Below, piece by piece: positions 14,735-20,490 of a stretch of DNA of 24,000 bases. The notes under the pieces were generated by a model. It was not told the origin of the DNA, searched no databases, and saw only the letters and a program-made list of their open reading frames with translations. Position 1 is the first letter of the stretch; the number at the start of each line of letters is the position of its first letter. The translations under genes were made by a program, and so were the position numbers. This DNA comes from Acidaminococcaceae bacterium (GTDB lineage Bacteria; Bacillota; Negativicutes; Acidaminococcales; Acidaminococcaceae): positions 33,500 through 57,499 of the forward strand of contig JAKVKY010000009.1 of NCBI GenBank assembly GCA_022484685.1, read 5' to 3'.

Positions 14735-14838
14735 ACAGGGAAGGATTTGAGGGCGGAACAGGCAGCCGCCACCGGAGAGCCGCAAGGCTTGATTAGGGGA
14801 TGTGGGAATGTCACCCCACCTAATCCTTAAACCTAAAG
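14735..14838 (+). ncRNA. GC-rich structured leader or small RNA, class not recognised
   Basis: Helices seen by eye: GGCGG (14752-14756)/CCGCC (14766-14770); GAGCC-GCAA-GGCTT, a GNRA-capped hairpin (14777-14790); and GATTAGG (14791-14797)/CCTAATC (14819-14825). AAGGATT (14741-14747) can alternatively pair with AATCCTT (14822-14828), which overlaps the previous 3' arm. A promoter lies upstream and a terminator downstream. Confidence 0.5.
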
Positions 14839-14881
14839 AAGCCGTACTACAGTAAAATGTGGTGCGGCTTTTGTTTTATTT
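14839..14881 (+). terminator. Rho-independent terminator
   Basis: AAGCCGUACUACA-GUAAAA-UGUGGUGCGGCUU forms a 13-bp stem with two G-U pairs. It is followed by UUGUUUUAUUU. Confidence 0.7.
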
Positions 14882-14925
14882 CAAGTGGAGTGCTATGGTA
14901 GCGTGAATAAGTTAAAGGGGGCTTG

Positions 14926-15684
14926 ATGATGTATATTATCTTGGCTTTATGCGGAATAATAGTTTTCGTCGGCCTGGTTAATTTTGTTGTGAATACCCCT
15001 ACGCCCAGGCGTTGCCCATATACCCTAAAACTTAACAACGGACAGGACTTTGTTGTAAAAAAAGGCTTGGAAGGTCCGCCCATTGTTGATAAAGAGATTC
15101 TGGCCGGCAGAAAGCTTTGGTTCCGGCTGGTCAAAGATTTTACGGTAATTTGTTTTGATACGGCCAACGCATATCCGGATTCGGTTTGCGCCGTTGGCTA
15201 CGCTGTGGTTAAGAATAATAAAATTGTGGATAATATGTTTTATCTATGCCGGCCGCCTTATGATGATTTTTATAACACCAAGTATAACGGCGTGACTTTG
15301 GCAATCGTCCAAAAGCATCCAACTTTTTTAGGCATCTGGGAACAGATCAGGCCGGTAATCGAAGGCCAGGTTGTTGGCGCTTATAATCTGCCATTTCATT
15401 TTAGCTGTCTTAATGCGGCGCTTAAAAATATCGGCGCCGAAGCCCATTATGCATGCTTCGACATTTTGGATGATGCCAGGCGTTTCCTCCCGGGATTAAA
15501 GGATTATTCCCTGGCAGCCGTATCTAAAATCGGCAACTTTGATAGTTCCCCGGATGCTGGAACCAGGGCGCTCAACGCCGCCAGAATCCAAATCATCATT
15601 AATAAGCGGATAAAGGCAATTCCTTATTATGTAGAAGAAAATAATAAAATTGGGGGCGTGTTGGATGAAGAAAAGCTTGCTTAG
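14926..15684 (+). CDS. Membrane-anchored DEDD (DnaQ-like) exonuclease-fold protein with degenerate catalytic motifs
   Basis: Start is ambiguous (TTG 14923, ATG 14926, ATG 14929; GGGGG RBS at 14917-14921). The N-terminal YIILALCGIIVFVGLVNFVV is a TM helix. Residues ~75-235 align by eye to the DnaQ-like consensus, but with substitutions at the catalytic positions: FDTANA for FDxETT, YNLPFH for HNxxFD, and GTRALNAA for HxALxDA. Confidence 0.6.
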   Translation: MMYIILALCGIIVFVGLVNFVVNTPTPRRCPYTLKLNNGQDFVVKKGLEGPPIVDKEILAGRKLWFRLVKDFTVICFDTANAYPDSVCAVGYAVVKNNKIVDNMFYLCRPPYDDFYNTKYNGVTLAIVQKHPTFLGIWEQIRPVIEGQVVGAYNLPFHFSCLNAALKNIGAEAHYACFDILDDARRFLPGLKDYSLAAVSKIGNFDSSPDAGTRALNAARIQIIINKRIKAIPYYVEENNKIGGVLDEEKLA

Positions 15685-16636
15685 CGCAGCTGTCGTAGCT
15701 GCCATGCTTGTGGTGTCGCTGCCTGCGATGGCCGCAGATTCTGCACAGGTGAGGGCGACAAAGGCTGCTAAGATTGTAGAGGCATTAAAAGACGATAATT
15801 TTGCAAGCTTAGCAAATAAACAGTTACGGATACATCTTTATGATAAGTTGGGAATAGACCTGGGTGGGAATATTGTTTTACAAGAAAAAATGAGAAAGTA
15901 TAGTACTGAAGATACGGATATTTTAGGAAAAAATATTATACAAGATAAAAATATACTAGAAAAACAGCCCATACAGTCTGAAACTAATTTAAGTAATTTG
16001 ACAAACACAGGCATTATTATTGATGATATAAAAGATCAAACGATTTATAAACAAGATGTCGTTTTGATTTATAAATGTGATAAGGCGGTCCTAACGTGCC
16101 AAAACTCCAATAACGATATACCTAGTGCTAGAGCTGAATTTGAAAAAGAGCTTTATAATCATTATGGAAAGCGGTTTGTTATAAAACGTATTATTTATGA
16201 CCCTAATCAATTTCTTGAAAAGAAGGATGCATTTTTGGCCATGGTAAAGCCTGACGAAAATATTCTTATTGTCAAGATAACTTTGGAAGGCCAAGGGTTA
16301 GATGTTAAAGAATTTCAAAATGCCTTTGGCGCTAAAATTGGTGCAACCGTTCCCACTACTAAGGTGCATGTTGTTGAAGGAATTTTCAATGCTCATGAAC
16401 ATAAAGAAGGTTACAGTGATTACGGTGTTAAGGATTATTCGGCCTATACTTATGCGTTGGGTAATCGGATTTATACACAAACAGATCCGCGGAAATTAGT
16501 TAAAAATAATATTCGTGGGTGCATAAGGGATATTTGTAGATTTTATGGTGACCAGGTAAACAAATATGCTAATCCGGTGGGATATCAAAATGAGATAAAT
16601 CGGTATAGTGGTAGGTTCTATGACCTCAAGAAGTAA
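15665..16636 (+). CDS. Secreted protein of unknown function (Sec signal peptide)
   Basis: The ATG at 15665 gives MKKSLLSAAVVAAMLVVSLPAMA/ADS, with a basic n-region, hydrophobic core and AxA cleavage motif. It overlaps the upstream gene by 20 nt. The mature part is Lys/Asn/Ile-rich with no family recognised. Confidence 0.65.
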   Translation: MKKSLLSAAVVAAMLVVSLPAMAADSAQVRATKAAKIVEALKDDNFASLANKQLRIHLYDKLGIDLGGNIVLQEKMRKYSTEDTDILGKNIIQDKNILEKQPIQSETNLSNLTNTGIIIDDIKDQTIYKQDVVLIYKCDKAVLTCQNSNNDIPSARAEFEKELYNHYGKRFVIKRIIYDPNQFLEKKDAFLAMVKPDENILIVKITLEGQGLDVKEFQNAFGAKIGATVPTTKVHVVEGIFNAHEHKEGYSDYGVKDYSAYTYALGNRIYTQTDPRKLVKNNIRGCIRDICRFYGDQVNKYANPVGYQNEINRYSGRFYDLKK

Positions 16637-16681
16637 TAATGAGGTAGGGGTTTATAATGAAAATATGGAGGAGATATTGAG

Positions 16682-18370
16682 ATGGGTGATAATAAGACAA
16701 TAGAACTCCCTTTAGGTAATGATGTAGGTAAAATAATCTCTTTTACAAAAAAGAAACGTCAGCACAAGCCGCTTACGGAGATTGTTTCTATTCATAAATT
16801 ACAAATAACTAAATTTAGACAGTTCGAAAATGTAGAACTGGATTTAGGAGATACAATAACTGCTATAGCTGGTCATAACGCTACAGGGAAATCCACTTTG
16901 TTGGCATTAATAGGTAATAGTTGTGAGTTAAAAGTTAGTGGCGCCGAGAAGCCCTTGATTAAAGAGCAGTTTAGGGCAGAGTTAAGACAAATTATAAAAT
17001 GCTCACTAAAGAATGATATTCGAACAAAACAAGCTATGGTGATTAATTATAAGTTGCCAGGTGGAAAATTGATAGATGTTCCGTTCCGGTTTGGTTGGTG
17101 GGCGAAAGATACAAGACCAAGGCTTGTACCTAAATACAACGGATCTGAATCAAAGTTGAAGTTCCCAGTTTTGTATATTGGACTAAGCCGCTTGCAGCCA
17201 TTAGGAGAATGCGAAGGTAATGTAATGCATTCTAAGGTGTCAGAGTTTTTGGCCAAGCATAAAAATTACAGAGATTGGATTATTGAGAAGTATAAGTACA
17301 TACTCTCTTTACATGAAGTTGAGGGGATTGAAGCACATAAGCATCCTGTTGCCATGCAGAAGGTTTTTGTTGGCGTAAAGAATAAGACTTATGATGAATT
17401 ATGCAATTCTGCTGGTCAAGATAATTTAGGGCAGATACTACTGGCATTTTTATCATTTAAGAATCTTCAAGATAACCATATTAAAAATAAGATTCCTTGG
17501 AATGGAGGAATCTTGCTTGTTGATGAACTTGATGCTACATTACATCCTGCGGCACAGTGTAGGTTATTAGAGGTTTTTGTTAAAGAGATAGAAAAGCATG
17601 ATCTTAAATTGCAAATTGTTTTTACTACGCATAGCCCATCGCTTTTAGAAAGTTTCTATACTTTGCCGGAGTTGAAAAATAATAGAGATAAATATAAGGT
17701 AATATATTTGACACGGGCTAATGGTGATTTGGCAGTAATGAACAATCCGGATTTTGAATTTATCCGTTCTGATATGTTAATTACAGACCCGGCAACTAAA
17801 AGACAAACTAAAATAAATATTTATTCTGAAGACCATGAGGCTAAATGGTTGTTCAATCAGTTGCTTAAAGATACTAACAGGTTATCTAATTATCATATTA
17901 TTAATATGGATATATCATGTTCTACATTAATTAAATTAAATGAAGAAGCTCCTGAAGATTTTTCTAATTCTATAATTCTGCTGGATGGTGATTGTAGAAA
18001 ATCTTTCAATTGTAAAACAATTCCATTCAATATCATTTTTCTTCCTGGGGAAAAACGTCCAGAAAGTGTTATATATGATTATTTAATGAATACTGATGCC
18101 ATGAACCCAATTTTACACAATCCGAATTTTCCGGCAGCGACTAAACGCGGAATTGAAGAGTTCGGACCATTAAGCGCAAAATATGAACATATCCAGGAAG
18201 AGCGTAGCAAATATAAAAAATGGTTCCAAGATAGTGAGTTCTGGTTAACAGGTGATGCAGTTATTGATAGGTGGAAAAAAGATTGCGAAAAACAATATAA
18301 TGATTTCTTAAATCAGCTGAATAAGGTTACGATGAAGCTCATTATCAAAAAAGCTAAAATGTCAAAATAA
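16682..18370 (+). CDS. ABC-type (AAA_15/21-like) ATPase fused to a Toprim-like (OLD / DUF4435-like) domain
   Basis: 562 aa, GGAGGAGA RBS. ATPase motifs: Walker A GHNATGKST, signature-like NSAGQDNLGQ, Walker B GGILLVDELDATLHP, H-loop VFTTHSPSL. The C-terminal third carries IYSEDHEAKW ... IILLDGDCRK ... FLPGEKRPESVIY, arranged like the Toprim E...DxD. Confidence 0.7.
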   Translation: MGDNKTIELPLGNDVGKIISFTKKKRQHKPLTEIVSIHKLQITKFRQFENVELDLGDTITAIAGHNATGKSTLLALIGNSCELKVSGAEKPLIKEQFRAELRQIIKCSLKNDIRTKQAMVINYKLPGGKLIDVPFRFGWWAKDTRPRLVPKYNGSESKLKFPVLYIGLSRLQPLGECEGNVMHSKVSEFLAKHKNYRDWIIEKYKYILSLHEVEGIEAHKHPVAMQKVFVGVKNKTYDELCNSAGQDNLGQILLAFLSFKNLQDNHIKNKIPWNGGILLVDELDATLHPAAQCRLLEVFVKEIEKHDLKLQIVFTTHSPSLLESFYTLPELKNNRDKYKVIYLTRANGDLAVMNNPDFEFIRSDMLITDPATKRQTKINIYSEDHEAKWLFNQLLKDTNRLSNYHIINMDISCSTLIKLNEEAPEDFSNSIILLDGDCRKSFNCKTIPFNIIFLPGEKRPESVIYDYLMNTDAMNPILHNPNFPAATKRGIEEFGPLSAKYEHIQEERSKYKKWFQDSEFWLTGDAVIDRWKKDCEKQYNDFLNQLNKVTMKLIIKKAKMSK

Positions 18371-18426
18371 TAGACTATGGCCAAAAATAGTATTTTGATA
18401 TATACTGTGTGCGAGGAGGTGTTAAT

Positions 18427-19293
18427 ATGCCCCAGACAATGACGCCGCTGAGATACCCTGGTGGGAAGTCTCAGTTGGCCAAATTTATTAAGCACACAAT
18501 TGAATTTAATAATTTGACAGATTCCATATATTGTGAACCATTTTGTGGTGGTTCCGGGGTCGCTATTTCTCTGCTTTTAAGGAATCAGGTTTCATCTATC
18601 ATATTAAATGACCTCGACACAGCCATATACTCGTTCTGGAGAGCTGTTCTGACGGAAACAGATAGATTGACTGAGCGTATTAATACAGTTAGGGTAACGA
18701 TGAATACCTGGCATAGGCAGAAAAATGTTTTCCTTAATTTAAGAGATAACCGTGATTATAGTTTTGAACTAGCTTTTGCAACTTTTTTCCTTAACAGGAC
18801 CAACAGATCCGGTATTATAACCGGTGGCCCTATTGGAGGATATGAGCAGGATTCAGATTATAAGTTGGAGTGCCGTTTTAATAGAGCTGATTTAATCAAG
18901 AAAATAAAGAATATCTCGGTACATAGAGAACAAATCCAGTTATATCATCTTGATGCCATTGACTTAATACACGAAGTTTTATTAAGGCAAGCCCCCAATA
19001 GGTTGTTTATTTATTTTGACCCACCGTATTACGTTCAGGGGAAAAAATTGTACAAAGATTCTTTTGATGATGAGATGCATGGCAGTCTGGCTGATGCAAT
19101 CCATGAGTTGAATGATTATCACTGGATGGCTACCTATGATGATGTAAAAAGGATTAGGGAACTTTACAATGACCTGCAAATCAGGGAATACTCCATTCGC
19201 TATTCGGCAAATGAAAAACGCCAGGCAAAGGAAATATTCTTCTGTAGCCCAGCAACAAGAGTCGAAGATTATGACAAAGTAGTATTTGAATAA
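18427..19293 (+). CDS. D12-class (Dam-type) N6-adenine DNA methyltransferase
   Basis: The ATG at 18427 follows GAGGAGGTG (the track start at 18409 is not ATG). Motifs: LRYPGGKSQL, EPFCGGSGVA (FxGxG SAM site), FFLNRTNRSG and FDPPYY (DPPY catalytic motif). The order matches E. coli Dam. Confidence 0.9.
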   Translation: MPQTMTPLRYPGGKSQLAKFIKHTIEFNNLTDSIYCEPFCGGSGVAISLLLRNQVSSIILNDLDTAIYSFWRAVLTETDRLTERINTVRVTMNTWHRQKNVFLNLRDNRDYSFELAFATFFLNRTNRSGIITGGPIGGYEQDSDYKLECRFNRADLIKKIKNISVHREQIQLYHLDAIDLIHEVLLRQAPNRLFIYFDPPYYVQGKKLYKDSFDDEMHGSLADAIHELNDYHWMATYDDVKRIRELYNDLQIREYSIRYSANEKRQAKEIFFCSPATRVEDYDKVVFE

Positions 19294-19377
19294 AACACTA
19301 ACTTTATAATTTACCTTCTTTTTATAAAGATACCTTACATACAGCAGTAATATGGTATTCCATGGTAATATAGAGTA

Positions 19378-19417
19378 TTTTTGTCAATACTTTTTTGAAT
19401 AAAAGTATTGACAAAAA
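19378..19417. repeat. Perfect 17-bp inverted repeat with 6-nt spacer (operator-like palindrome)
   Basis: TTTTTGTCAATACTTTT (19378-19394), ttgaat, AAAAGTATTGACAAAAA (19401-19417). The U-run precedes and the A-run follows on both strands, so it is not a canonical terminator. Confidence 0.85.
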
Positions 19418-19436
19418 ACACCAGGGTATGTACAAT
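19408..19436 (+). promoter_or_regulatory. Near-consensus promoter embedded in the right arm of the palindrome
   Basis: -35 TTGACA (19408-19413), 17-nt spacer, -10 TACAAT (19431-19436). Confidence 0.65.
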
Positions 19437-19442
19437 ATATTT

Positions 19443-19533
19443 AACAAAGGATTCTTTGTTAAGTTAATAGTGTCCCTGGTGGTAGGCCGTCCAACTAATA
19501 TGGTACGTGCTGAGATCAGGGACTTTTTTATTT
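19443..19533 (+). terminator. Leader RNA: 5' hairpin plus a long terminator hairpin with U-tract, immediately upstream of the NYN gene RBS
   Basis: 5' hairpin: AACAAAG-GATT-CTTTGTT (19443-19460). The outer stem GTCCCTGGT (19472-19480)/ATCAGGGAC (19515-19523) encloses the inner helix GCCGTCCA/TGGTACGTGC, which has two bulged U. TTTTTTATTT follows (19524-19533), and the AAAGGA RBS is at 19537-19542. Confidence 0.6.
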
Positions 19534-19551
19534 ATGAAAGGATGATGTTTT

Positions 19552-20343
19552 ATGGAAGTTGCAATTTTGGTTGATGGTGGTTTTTATCGTCGTAGAGCCC
19601 AGAAGTGTATTGGCGAGAAAACAGCACAGGAACGCGCTGAAGAGCTAATTGAGTATTGTATGCGTCATTTAAACCAGGGACACCAAAAGTATTATGATTT
19701 ATACCGAATTTTTTATTATGATTGTCCGCCCATGAGTAAGAGTGTTTATCATCCATTACTTAAGAAAAGTTTGGATTTTAGCAAAACAGATTTGTTTAAA
19801 TGGACTAATGACTTTTTTGAAGAATTAAAAAAGAAACGTAAAGTTGCTTTAAGATTAGGTAATCTAGCTGATAAGCAGGCATATTTTGGAATTAGACCTT
19901 ATGTTCTTAAAGATATCCTGAATGGAAAACGTGGAATGGAATCGCTAACGGAGCAGGATTTTAAGATTAACGTTGATCAGAAGGGTGTTGATATTAAAAT
20001 CGGTATTGATATTGCTTCTTTAGCTTATAAGAAACAAGTTAGGCAGATTGTACTTATTTCTGGTGATAGTGACTTTGTGCCAGCTGCTAAATTGGCAAGG
20101 CGTGAAGGTATTGACTTTATACTTGATCCTCTTTGGAATCCTATTAAGCCTGACTTATATGAGCATATAGATGGACTTTATACCTGTGATGATATATTCA
20201 AACCTAAAAATTTCAGATATAGTTCAACAAGGCAGGGATGCCAATCAAGTAAGACAAAAGTATTTGTATCCCCATATGATAAATCTTCAGTCCCGTCTCA
20301 GGTTCCGGTTCAGACTCCCGTTCAAGATAAAAAGAATAATTAA
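19552..20343 (+). CDS. NYN-domain (LabA/PIN-like) ribonuclease-family protein
   Basis: 263 aa. VAILVDGGF, VDQKGVDIKIGIDIASLA and VLISGDSDFVPAAKLARREGIDF match the conserved acidic blocks of NYN/LabA domains. The C-terminal tail is low-complexity (VPSQVPVQTPVQ). Confidence 0.8.
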   Translation: MEVAILVDGGFYRRRAQKCIGEKTAQERAEELIEYCMRHLNQGHQKYYDLYRIFYYDCPPMSKSVYHPLLKKSLDFSKTDLFKWTNDFFEELKKKRKVALRLGNLADKQAYFGIRPYVLKDILNGKRGMESLTEQDFKINVDQKGVDIKIGIDIASLAYKKQVRQIVLISGDSDFVPAAKLARREGIDFILDPLWNPIKPDLYEHIDGLYTCDDIFKPKNFRYSSTRQGCQSSKTKVFVSPYDKSSVPSQVPVQTPVQDKKNN

Positions 20344-20374
20344 GGATTATTAAGATGTAGTTATAATAAAAATA

Positions 20375-20402
20375 GCCGCCAGGTGTTGGCGCACCAGGCG
20401 GC
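20375..20402. terminator. GC-rich hairpin between the NYN gene and int; the U-tract is on the minus strand only
   Basis: GCCGCCAGGTG-ttggcg-CACCAGGCGGC forms 10 bp plus one A/A mismatch. On the minus strand it is followed by UAUUUUUAUUAU. On the plus strand it is preceded by an A-run but not followed by U. Confidence 0.35.
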
Positions 20403-20490
20403 CGTGTAAACGCTCTACCCACAAAAGTAGGCTGATTACTATTTAATTATAGCATATTAGCCTGTCTTTAACAATTATAAGGAGATTTTT

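Noticed and set aside
14735-14838. Assigning the leader RNA to a known riboswitch class (c-di-GMP-I/II, c-di-AMP ydaO, ZTP, glycine, ykkC, cobalamin)
   Set aside because: I could not align the conserved core nucleotides of any of these classes as I remember them. A name would be a guess, so it needs an Rfam covariance-model scan.
14847-15167. Minus-strand 106-aa ORF
   Set aside because: It runs antisense through the terminator hairpin and the 5' end of the exonuclease-like gene. It has no RBS and no plausible partner genes on that strand.
13786-18426. Longer track starts for the repressor (13786), the secreted protein (15650) and the methyltransferase (18409)
   Set aside because: The upstream starts are non-ATG or lack an RBS. 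Internal ATGs at 13834, 15665 and 18427 have strong Shine-Dalgarno sequences and give canonical N-termini (HTH, signal peptide, and the PGGK motif spacing, respectively).
16091-20422. Small ORFs 16091-16294(-), 16298-16480(-), 16302-16499(+), 17047-17256(-), 18313-18495(-), 18982-19179(-), 19550-19756(-), 20171-20353(+) and 20213-20422(-)
   Set aside because: All are embedded in or antisense to motif-supported genes or span regulatory hairpins. None has an RBS. They are frame shadows of the longer supported ORFs.
20420-20470. Inverted repeat AGGCTGAT ... ATTAGCCT upstream of int, considered as an intact attP
   Set aside because: Only the outer 8 bp are symmetric, with one mismatch. In an integrated prophage attP is split between the two ends. 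This is more likely an int promoter or operator feature, or chance.
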